The notes beneath the pieces are model-generated. The model saw only the letters and a program-made list of their open reading frames with translations. It was not told the origin of the DNA and searched no databases. This document shows positions 41,009 to 49,080 of a stretch of 64,000 bases of DNA, piece after piece. A program made the translations under genes and the position numbers. Positions within the stretch are counted from its first letter, which is position 1, and every line of letters begins with the position of its first letter. The DNA comes from a bacterium. GTDB taxonomy: Bacteria; SAR324; NAC60-12. The stretch is from positions 256,001 to 320,000 of the forward strand of contig CBDBHR010000029.1 in assembly GCA_965205865.1 (NCBI GenBank), given 5' to 3'.

Positions 41009-41500
41009 ATGACAAAAAACGAATCAAGGCAGTCTTCGCCGGTGGATATGGTGGCAGCACAAGATGAATACTGGACTCACGTTTGGGATATATGCCTGTG
41101 GCCACGACAGTGGCTGACTTGCAACCCGGATCTAAGTTTGTCATGGCAAAGCGTTGAACTCAACAATAGTCAGAGAAGCGAAGTCCCTCAGTATGCCGGT
41201 GTCTATTCGCTGGTGATTCAACCTGGAATTGCTGGTCACCCAGCTTGTTCTTATCTCATGTATCTCGGCAAAGCCAAAGACCTTCGTCAGCGTTTTATTG
41301 ATTATTTGACTGTCGAACGTAACAAGCGTCCAAAAATCGTACGGCTTCTCGAAAAGTATCGCGGTTACATACAGTTCTTCTATTCCGGTATTGACGAAAG
41401 GAAGCTTGATAAGATGGAAGAACAGTTGATTAATGCTTTCGTTCCTCACTGTAATTCAAGGTTCACCGGGGAGATAAACATGATAGTTGGAGCATTCTGA
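41009..41500 (+). CDS. GIY-YIG nuclease family protein
   Basis: GVY...YLGKAKDLRQRFIDY...MEEQLI...PHCN supplies the Tyr/Arg/Glu/Asn pattern. Confidence 0.75.
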   Translation: MTKNESRQSSPVDMVAAQDEYWTHVWDICLWPRQWLTCNPDLSLSWQSVELNNSQRSEVPQYAGVYSLVIQPGIAGHPACSYLMYLGKAKDLRQRFIDYLTVERNKRPKIVRLLEKYRGYIQFFYSGIDERKLDKMEEQLINAFVPHCNSRFTGEINMIVGAF

Positions 41501-42798
41501 TGACCACCAACCGAAATCCGCTGTTTCTACCTGCCCTACGCGCAAAAATGGGGGATTGGATCTACTACATAGCTTTCATTAGTATGAAGGAAGTCGCCTC
41601 CCGAGTCAGCGTCGTCGATGATATCCATACAAGTACGTCACTCAAGGAAATGCTACAGAGAATGCTCACGAATGATTCTAAAAAGATTACCGAGTATTTG
41701 CTTGGCCAAGAACAGAGGTTTTTCAATGCGATCGTAATTGGCAGTTACAGCGGCAGTCCGAACTGGCACGACCTGTCCGTCAAGGGAAGAGAGGGAGTTG
41801 CCGACGTTCCGGTACACCCTGAAGGCTCCATAGGCTTTCTCGAACTCAGTGGGGACGAAACGTTGTTCGCGATTGACGGACAGCATCGTGTACAGGGGAT
41901 AAAGGAAGCCGTAGTGCAAAACAGCTCACTCGAAGAAGAAGAGGTGTGCGCAATCTTTGTTAAAGGAGTCACGGCCAGTGAACGCGATAAGGACCCTGAC
42001 GGCTTTGAGCGCACACGGCGCCTTTTTTCGACACTGAACCGGTATGCCAGGCCTGTAAATAAGCGGGATATCATCGCGCTCGACGAAGACGATGTCGTTG
42101 CTGTTGTCACGCGGAGGCTCTTGGAAGAGCATCCCCTGTTACGCAACAAGGTAGACACGGGTCCGAAGAACTCCATCAAGGCCGATGACCGTACCAATTT
42201 GACAACAATTGCAACGTTGTATGACACGATGGACGTTGTCTTGCGCGATCGAAAAAACGGTTGGAACGACTACAAACGTTGGCGTCCGCCTGATGAAGAA
42301 GTCGACGAATTTTACTCGAAGGCCGTGCAGTTTTGGGATGGCTTGAGTAGTCAGGCTCCACCGCTTAAGGAATTACAGGAAAGCTCCGCAGAAGAAGAAA
42401 TTGCGGGCAAGTACCGGGGCTCCTATGGCGGGCATTTACTGTTTCGACCGGTCGGTCTGCTTATGGTCACCCGCGTTGCTATGGACCTTCGTTCCAGTAT
42501 GGACCTGAACGATAACTCTGCTTTGGAACGGATTTGTCACACTCCCACTGAATTATCGGAATATCCATGGACAGGTCTGCTTTGGGACTGCACCAACAAG
42601 CGGATGATAACTGCGAAAGAGAATCAGAAAGTCGCCCGCCGATTGCTCTTCAACGCACTGGGAGGTGACCTGACCAAATATCCTTACAGAACAACAGCGG
42701 AAGATTTGAGAAAGGAACTCGCAGGGATAATGAATCGGGAATTGAGTGATGTCAATCTACCCAGCTACCAACTAAGCATGAAAGACGACATCAAGTAA
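41500..42798 (+). CDS. DGQHR-domain (DndB-like, ParB/Srx fold) protein
   Basis: LQR, FFNAIV, FAIDGQHR and RRLFSTLN motifs; TGATG overlap with the GIY-YIG gene. Confidence 0.85.
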   Translation: MTTNRNPLFLPALRAKMGDWIYYIAFISMKEVASRVSVVDDIHTSTSLKEMLQRMLTNDSKKITEYLLGQEQRFFNAIVIGSYSGSPNWHDLSVKGREGVADVPVHPEGSIGFLELSGDETLFAIDGQHRVQGIKEAVVQNSSLEEEEVCAIFVKGVTASERDKDPDGFERTRRLFSTLNRYARPVNKRDIIALDEDDVVAVVTRRLLEEHPLLRNKVDTGPKNSIKADDRTNLTTIATLYDTMDVVLRDRKNGWNDYKRWRPPDEEVDEFYSKAVQFWDGLSSQAPPLKELQESSAEEEIAGKYRGSYGGHLLFRPVGLLMVTRVAMDLRSSMDLNDNSALERICHTPTELSEYPWTGLLWDCTNKRMITAKENQKVARRLLFNALGGDLTKYPYRTTAEDLRKELAGIMNRELSDVNLPSYQLSMKDDIK

Positions 42799-42824
42799 CC
42801 CGCCGAGTTCGCTGTATCGCTATC

Positions 42825-43667
42825 CTACGCATCCAGCGCCGCGACTAGTTCCTGCGTATCAAAGTTGAGGAGGAATTGCGCGTAGAACGTTTGGAAAAGA
42901 TCGGCGATATACTCCGTTATCTCAACGTTACATTCCCCCTCAGGTTCACGCTCCCCCTTGATACTGTATTGGAAAGAAGGAATTTGTTGGTCAACAATCA
43001 GGTATTCGTACCAAGTCGCTTTCTTCCTTTTTTCTTCATCATGCGTAAGGGAGTGGCGACGAATCAAGGTGTATCCGAAAGACGCGCTATTCTCGAACCG
43101 CTTGGAACCGATAAGTTGGTATCGTTTCTTACCACAGAACGCCACCGCACCGGCTCCACCCATGTTGTATTTGCCATGAACGAAGTGAATCTCGTTTTTG
43201 TTGCCGTGCAAGATTGAGAGAAACGTCTTCTCGAAGTCCTCGGGTGACTGTCCTTCTCCGTCGTCATAGACTATCAATGAGGTGTTCATTTTTGGTCCGT
43301 CTGCCAGAATCTGCAGTCGCTCAGCTTGAACTCTCCGCATCGTTCCCAAGTCCCAGTTTTTATTGTCCGGGAAAAAGCGACCAACGGCAGTCTCGATCGA
43401 TCTCGGAGCTTCTTCGGACCGAGGGTCGGTACCCTCTTCGAGACACCTGCGCATGAGAATAGCGTCGATACCGTTGGTGATCTTTTCAATCAGTGCAGGA
43501 ATCGGAGAGGCCTGCTGGTTTTCAACCACGCTGAAGTTGCTCTCGTTCTGCCCATAGGGTCGCCAGTTCGATGAACTGTTCAGGAGTAAATAACGTTCAA
43601 GGATCTTTTCGACTTCTGCTTCCACGGGTGCTCTGTAAAGATCCCAGAAAAGTTGTTCGATGTTCAT
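42825..43667 (-). CDS. GHKL (HATPase_c/MORC-like) ATPase, probably shortened
   Basis: EKITNGID (N box), DDGEG (G1) and GKYNMGG (G2). Only 280 aa, with an abrupt switch to a short tail. Confidence 0.65.
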   Translation of the reverse strand: MNIEQLFWDLYRAPVEAEVEKILERYLLLNSSSNWRPYGQNESNFSVVENQQASPIPALIEKITNGIDAILMRRCLEEGTDPRSEEAPRSIETAVGRFFPDNKNWDLGTMRRVQAERLQILADGPKMNTSLIVYDDGEGQSPEDFEKTFLSILHGNKNEIHFVHGKYNMGGAGAVAFCGKKRYQLIGSKRFENSASFGYTLIRRHSLTHDEEKRKKATWYEYLIVDQQIPSFQYSIKGEREPEGECNVEITEYIADLFQTFYAQFLLNFDTQELVAALDA

Positions 43668-43896
43668 TTTACGACCCTACTTAACAAATGAGTACGCTTG
43701 TCCTGGCGATTCGGATTCTCGTCCAGGAAAACGAATCTAACAAAAAAACACATGAGACTGCAAGGCAAAATTTGTGAACGGAGGAGGCCAGCACTATTGC
43801 CGGTATCCACTGCCCCCAAAGGAAGAATTCGAGGGAAACGTACCTTGCATTCAGTCTTTTTTATGGTCTGAATTCAGATCAATCTGGGGAAGGTTC

Positions 43897-44196
43897 ATGA
43901 AATTATCAAGTCAGATGAAGCCGATCAGTTATCTCAAAGCGCACGCCGCGAAAATCGTGCGCACGCTCTGTGAACAACATGAGCCCTTGATAATTACCCG
44001 GAACAGGGAAGCCAAGGTGGTCATTCAGGATATCGACGCCTACGAGCAAACGCAGGAGACAGTTGCGCTACTGAAGATTCTCGCGCTTGGCAGCCACCAA
44101 ATTGAAGTGAGTCACAACCGGCCGACAACGTCATCGCAAGACTCCGGCAGGGTCGCAGGACTTGCTGATGCCCTTCCTGGTTCAACTGACAGATGA
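43897..44196 (+). pseudogene. Phd/YefM antitoxin, C-terminus degenerate
   Basis: KPISYLKAHAA...PLIITRN.EAKVVIQD..YEQTQET.ALLKILALG; the frame drifts after this. Confidence 0.75.
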
Positions 44197-44275
44197 CGCG
44201 ACAGGCGACTTGGACGAAATCTACGATTTTATCGAACGCATCAATTCCGAAACCACGTTTGTATCTGTAAGGTAA
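44168..44275 (+). pseudogene. ParE/RelE toxin, 5' remnant (35 codons)
   Basis: MPFLVQLTDDATGDLDEIYDFI, then a premature stop; directly after the antitoxin. Confidence 0.65.
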
Positions 44276-44343
44276 AAAGGCCTAATCCATGAGCGAAGCA
44301 GTGGTCTGCCGGACGAGATTGTCTTCGGTATAGGGTGAAAGGT

Positions 44344-45837
44344 TCATGGAGTCTTCTTCAAACGATTCTGCAACTCGCCACCTTTGTCCGTCAGCTGGTA
44401 TTTCTGCTTGCTGCTGGTCGGCTTGTCCGGGACCGTCATTTCCAGCCATCCGCTATCAAGCAGAGGTTGGAGGTAGTTTCCTCGGAAAGTCTTCCAGTGC
44501 TTCAAGCCTAGCAGGGCCATGATTTCCTTCGCCGGCCGGGGCACGCGGCAATACCAGACAACTTGCGCAGTAACTTGTGCGGTAACTTGTGTGGTCAGGT
44601 CCTCCAAGCTGTTCTCGAGTTGCTGCAGCATGCTGTTCGATAAGGCTTCAGAGTCTTCCTGAGATTTTCTTCCAGTTGGAGCGGTGCCCTGGTCCCGACT
44701 GAGTCCCGACTTGGTCCCGACTTGCGCAGTCTGTCTGGGAAACGTGGTTGTAACCCACGACTCCGACACCGCGATCACCGGCTCGGCGACCCCGTGCTCG
44801 CGGCACAGATCACGAATGCGCCGGATACCGGAACCAATTCTCTCGACCGCCTCCATCCGGTGCAGGATGCCAAACAACAGCGGGTTGCGTGGAATGCTCT
44901 TGAAACCAAGGTCCGCTTCAGTCATATCGGCGGGCAACCCACCCGGGCTGGTAATTTCAAGCCGGTCCGTGAAAAGGCATATCTGCGCATTCGCGGTGGA
45001 GCGGTAGTCACGATGGGCCAAGGCGTTGACGACCGCTTCGCGAATAGCTTCTTCCGGCAGTTCCGGCCACTCCTCCCGCCTCAGGCGCTTGATGATGTAC
45101 TCGACGTTGATCTTGGAGAGAATCCAGACCATCACCTCCTCCATCATCGAATAGACGTCGCCGTGGAAATCACGCCTATCGAGAATGCGCACCTTGTCGG
45201 TTCCCATAAACAGAGCGCAGGCAACATCGGCGCTAATATTGAACTTGCGGATGTCCCGGGCCAGCAACCAGGCGCCTGCATGTGTCATCCGGTCGTCCTC
45301 ACCGATCAGGTGCAGGTTGCGTAGTGCGATCGTCGGTTTCATCTCGGTGGGAATTTTGGCGCGGCGCTGAAACAGGGACCAGTTCTCTTCATTGAGGTCT
45401 ATCTCCAATGAAAATTTGTCGCACGCGGTTTCGTCGAAGTGGATCAGCCCTTCCGCGTAGAAGAACTCACGGATCTCCTCACGCGACATCTGCTGGCTGC
45501 TCGACCCCTCGCGGATGAAGAACTTGCCCCCGAACGAGTAGGGCTTGCTCTGCTGGGCCGGCACTCTCACGCAGAGCACTCCATCAATGCTTTCGATCTC
45601 CACCGCGATTGGAGGATCGGCGGAACGGGCGATGGACTGCACCTCGGATTTCAACCGATTATGGTTGGCAACCCCGCATACCTGTCCGTCATCCGTCACG
45701 CCAAGCAGAATCGTCCCCCCCGTGGCGTTGGCAAAGGCGCATATCTCACGCCCGAGCCCGGACGTACCGGAGCGCTTGAAATCCGTCGTGAAACCTTCGC
45801 CGAGGGAGAGGAGGTCGGAGAGTGTCTTTTTGTTCAT
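44344..45837 (-). CDS. Schlafen/AlbA_2 + HATPase_c_4 + C-terminal HTH protein
   Basis: EGFTTDFKRS, ICAFANATGGTILLGVTDDG, REAVVNALAHRDY, SPGGL, RNPLL, ERIGSGI and PDKPTSSKQKY motifs. Confidence 0.85.
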   Translation of the reverse strand: MNKKTLSDLLSLGEGFTTDFKRSGTSGLGREICAFANATGGTILLGVTDDGQVCGVANHNRLKSEVQSIARSADPPIAVEIESIDGVLCVRVPAQQSKPYSFGGKFFIREGSSSQQMSREEIREFFYAEGLIHFDETACDKFSLEIDLNEENWSLFQRRAKIPTEMKPTIALRNLHLIGEDDRMTHAGAWLLARDIRKFNISADVACALFMGTDKVRILDRRDFHGDVYSMMEEVMVWILSKINVEYIIKRLRREEWPELPEEAIREAVVNALAHRDYRSTANAQICLFTDRLEITSPGGLPADMTEADLGFKSIPRNPLLFGILHRMEAVERIGSGIRRIRDLCREHGVAEPVIAVSESWVTTTFPRQTAQVGTKSGLSRDQGTAPTGRKSQEDSEALSNSMLQQLENSLEDLTTQVTAQVTAQVVWYCRVPRPAKEIMALLGLKHWKTFRGNYLQPLLDSGWLEMTVPDKPTSSKQKYQLTDKGGELQNRLKKTP

Positions 45838-45884
45838 ACTGCTATTTATCTTCTCATCTACCAATTCAGAATTCATTTTGCTCT

Positions 45885-46220
45885 TCAAGAAAAACGGAGT
45901 GGATATTTACCAATCTCCACAAGAATTTCCGGTTTCCCGATCTTTTGCGCAAAGATGTTACAAGTTGTCGCTTCCTTGACAGACCGCATAGTGGTTCGAC
46001 CAAGCTTGCTTATACTATTCAGATTCTTTCGTGCCGCTTCAAATCCATTGATAACCATCAACTTTATGCAGTACTCGGTCGCCTTGTCTGTGTCCAACCC
46101 CGATTGCTCGAGCTTCTCCTTGGAAGGGATGTAGAAAATCTCCACACAATTCGGTTGGCACTTCTTCAAGACGAGCTTGCCGTGACGATATTCATCGATA
46201 TTTTCGTATATGCGAGCCAT
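45885..46220 (-). pseudogene. Hypothetical, probably a truncated N-terminal fragment
   Basis: The first approximately 60 aa look protein-like; the remainder looks out of frame. Lies next to an ISAzo13 end. Confidence 0.3.
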
Positions 46221-46254
46221 AAATGTTTACTACCTATTATTCGACCATTGCTTA

Positions 46255-47541
46255 GGGCTTGTTACAAAATAAGTTGAACATCTTTGAGTTTCATATAGGG
46301 TGAATGGTGTAGTTCCATTGAGGAAACTTTTTTGCAAATTTTAGATTTATGTTATCAAATTCTTCGTCGGATACTTTCACACCAGTTTTGTATTGCTTGC
46401 GATCAAGTCGAGCCTTGATATTTAGACCGTTTTTGGTCGTAGTCGAGGCGATCAATCTCACCACGGACTCATAGTTTTCTAGTGGCCTGCCTTTCCAATT
46501 CATGCTGATGAATGAAAACATACGATGCTCAATCTTGTTCCACTTGCTTGTCCCTAGTGGATAATGCGCGACTGTAATTGGTATCCCAAGCTTGTTTGCT
46601 AATTCTTGTAAGTAAAACTTCCATGCCCGAGCTCTACTGCCATTGCTCCCTCCGCCATCGGCACACACAAGAATCTCAGTTGCGTTGGGATAGCGCTTTT
46701 TTCCAAAGTGTCTCCACCACTGCCAAAGGCTATTGACAGCAAACTCAGAGGTATCTGAGGACATGCCAACGTTTACAAAACCTTCGTTGCGATTTATGTC
46801 ATATGTCCCATAAGGTATCGCCTTCCCCTCTCCGTAAGATTTGAAATCATGATCAAGAACTTTCTTGTCTTCCTTTGACCACACTCGACCCTCATTCTTG
46901 AAATTTCCGACAAGCTCCTTTTTTTTCGTATCAACCGATACCACTGGATTTCCGTATCTTGAAAACCGATGGACGGATCGATTAATGTGTCTGAATTGCT
47001 TGTCGCGGTTTGGGTGATTTATTCCTGAAAGCATCTTTTTGTTCGATCTCAGGGAATAGCCAAGCTCCTTTAAAAGCCTCATTACCGTGACATAAGATAC
47101 ATCAAATCCGGATTTTCTTAGCTGATCTGCGATAGATCTGGTCGATTTGCATGTCCACCGTAAGCGGCTCATCGGATCTCCTGCAGAAGACTCTTCAAGA
47201 ATGCCCTCAATTGCTTTGAGCAGCTCAGGACTCTTGTGCGTCAAGTACTTTCGTCCTCCACCCTCACGACGGAGACGATCGCTGTCAAGTGATAACGATC
47301 CGTCTTCTTCTAAATCACGGAGGCCCTGAGTTACCGTCGTTCTGGATAGTCCGGTCGTGCGACTTACTTGTGAAACACCTCCGTAGCCAAGCTCTTTTGC
47401 TTTTACTGCTGCAAACCACCTTTTCTGTGGCTCGTTGAGGTAGCCGAACGCCTTAATCCACTCTTTACTGATCTCATGGTTAGTCATGAAATCAGTAGAT
47501 CACAAAAGATCTAGTTGTTCAACTTATTTTGTAACAAGCCC
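46255..47541 (-). mobile_element. ISAzo13 family insertion sequence, complete
   Basis: Perfect 26-bp terminal inverted repeats GGGCTTGTTACAAAATAAGTTGAACA and a TTA target duplication on both sides. Confidence 0.92.
46291..47487 (-). CDS. ISAzo13 family transposase
   Basis: GDPMS.LRWT.KS, SVDTKKKELVG, DGGGSN and SKWNKIEHRMFS motifs. Confidence 0.95.
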   Translation of the reverse strand: MTNHEISKEWIKAFGYLNEPQKRWFAAVKAKELGYGGVSQVSRTTGLSRTTVTQGLRDLEEDGSLSLDSDRLRREGGGRKYLTHKSPELLKAIEGILEESSAGDPMSRLRWTCKSTRSIADQLRKSGFDVSYVTVMRLLKELGYSLRSNKKMLSGINHPNRDKQFRHINRSVHRFSRYGNPVVSVDTKKKELVGNFKNEGRVWSKEDKKVLDHDFKSYGEGKAIPYGTYDINRNEGFVNVGMSSDTSEFAVNSLWQWWRHFGKKRYPNATEILVCADGGGSNGSRARAWKFYLQELANKLGIPITVAHYPLGTSKWNKIEHRMFSFISMNWKGRPLENYESVVRLIASTTTKNGLNIKARLDRKQYKTGVKVSDEEFDNINLKFAKKFPQWNYTIHPI

Positions 47542-47586
47542 TTAGGAACAAACCTTAAATAACCTGTAATTCTTCCAATGGTGTGA

Positions 47587-47660
47587 GCAAAATTGGGGGA
47601 CATGTACAGCGGCATCCCAACTCTACTGTTTTCCTGCTGTTACCTGTCCCCTAATTTTGC
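47587..47660. repeat. REP-like inverted repeat
   Basis: GCAAAATTGGGGGACATGTACAGC ... GCTGTTACCTGTCCCCTAATTTTGC. Confidence 0.6.
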
Positions 47661-47672
47661 GTATCCATACTT

Positions 47673-47866
47673 CTCGACTTTGAACATTTTATTCAACTTT
47701 TGGGTTTAATAAAATCAATGTCTTACGAATCTGTATTGGAATTAATACAGGTCGTATCATCAAAAATGTAAAACAGTAACCTGTATTAATTTTTAACAGA
47801 ATTTCAACTAATTGATATTATTGAATAATGAAAATTAAAAGAATAAATCGAATGTCCAAAGTCCAG
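47673..47866. mobile_element. AT-rich MITE-like element
   Basis: Ends CTCGACTTTGAACATT / AATGTCCAAAGTCCAG (14/16 inverted match), flanked by CATACTT direct repeats; internal ATTAATACAGGT/ACCTGTATTAAT palindrome. Confidence 0.6.
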
Positions 47867-47897
47867 CATACTTCTAACTTATTTAAATTTCATTCCT

Positions 47898-49080
47898 TAG
47901 TGTATTGCCTGTTTAATACATTGTATTATTGGTCATTTGGTAGACAGGTTTGAGTTTGTTGATAATTTCTTCGGCAGTTTTAGTCCAGACATAGGGTTTT
48001 GGGTTGCGATTGTGTGTCTCGATGTAACTATGGATGGCTTCGGTCAACTCGAGCACGCTTTTGAAGGCGCCTCGTCGAATCCGTTCTGCAGTGATCTTGC
48101 CAAAAAAGCGTTCCACCATGTTCAGCCATGAGGAGGAAGTAGGAATGAAATGCGGGTGAAATCGCGGGTGTTTTTTGAGCCATTCTTTCACCTTAAGATG
48201 TTTGTGGGTGGCGTAATTGTCCAGGATCAAGTGTACCTGCAGTTGCTTCGAGGTAGTCTTGTCAATAAGACGCAGGAAGCGCAGATACTCTTGGTGTCGG
48301 TGCCGTTTTTCACAGCGAGCGAGCACTTCCCCTGTCTGCGTATTCAAAGCAGTAAACAGACAGCAGGTGCCATGACGGATATAATCATGAGTTCTGGTGC
48401 CATTGCGCCCTGGTTTCAGTGGCAGACCTGGCTGGGTGCGATCGAGTGCCTGGATTTGTGATTTCTCATCGACGCTCAAGACCAGCGCTTTCTCAGGAGG
48501 ATTCATGTACAAACCGATGACATCTTTCAGTTTCGCAGTGAAATGCTTATCATGCGACAACTTAAATGTTTTTTCCAGATGAGGCTTGAGGCGATGGGCC
48601 TTCCATACTTTACCGACGGTTGTCTTGCCTACGCCAACTGCCTTGGCCATCGATCGCGTGCTCCAATGGGTACGGTCCTCAGGCTTCTCTTCAATGGTTT
48701 TCTTCACAATCTCCTCGATTTTATCCGCTCCATAAATGCGTGTCCTGCCAGGCCGCGGATCATCATTGAGACCTGTTATTCCTTTTTCAACAAAGCGCCG
48801 TCGCCACTTTCCAACGGCATTACCGCTGGTTCCAAGCGTTTTGGCAATTTCTTGATTCTTAAGGCCATCAGCAGCCAACAGGATGATGCGCGCACGACGA
48901 GTGTCTCGCATCGCTCCGGTATGACGGCGTGCGGTTTTGCCCAATTCATCCCGTTCTTCCCGGGTCAGTTTTATACTTGGTGCTTTTCTCATGCTGTCTC
49001 CATATATGCAAAAAAAAGGACAGCTCGTAGTATAGCAAACCAAGGATTTTTTTACACATTAATAAAAGAGCGACACATTA
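47898..49080 (-). mobile_element. IS630 family insertion sequence
   Basis: Transposase bounded by TAGTGT... and ...ACACATTA ends (TA target); inverted repeats imperfect. Confidence 0.8.
47913..48992 (-). CDS. IS630 family transposase
   Basis: RARIILL, HWSTRSMA, VDEKSQIQALDR, HLILDNYATHK and SSWLNMVERFF motifs. Confidence 0.95.
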   Translation of the reverse strand: MRKAPSIKLTREERDELGKTARRHTGAMRDTRRARIILLAADGLKNQEIAKTLGTSGNAVGKWRRRFVEKGITGLNDDPRPGRTRIYGADKIEEIVKKTIEEKPEDRTHWSTRSMAKAVGVGKTTVGKVWKAHRLKPHLEKTFKLSHDKHFTAKLKDVIGLYMNPPEKALVLSVDEKSQIQALDRTQPGLPLKPGRNGTRTHDYIRHGTCCLFTALNTQTGEVLARCEKRHRHQEYLRFLRLIDKTTSKQLQVHLILDNYATHKHLKVKEWLKKHPRFHPHFIPTSSSWLNMVERFFGKITAERIRRGAFKSVLELTEAIHSYIETHNRNPKPYVWTKTAEEIINKLKPVYQMTNNTMY

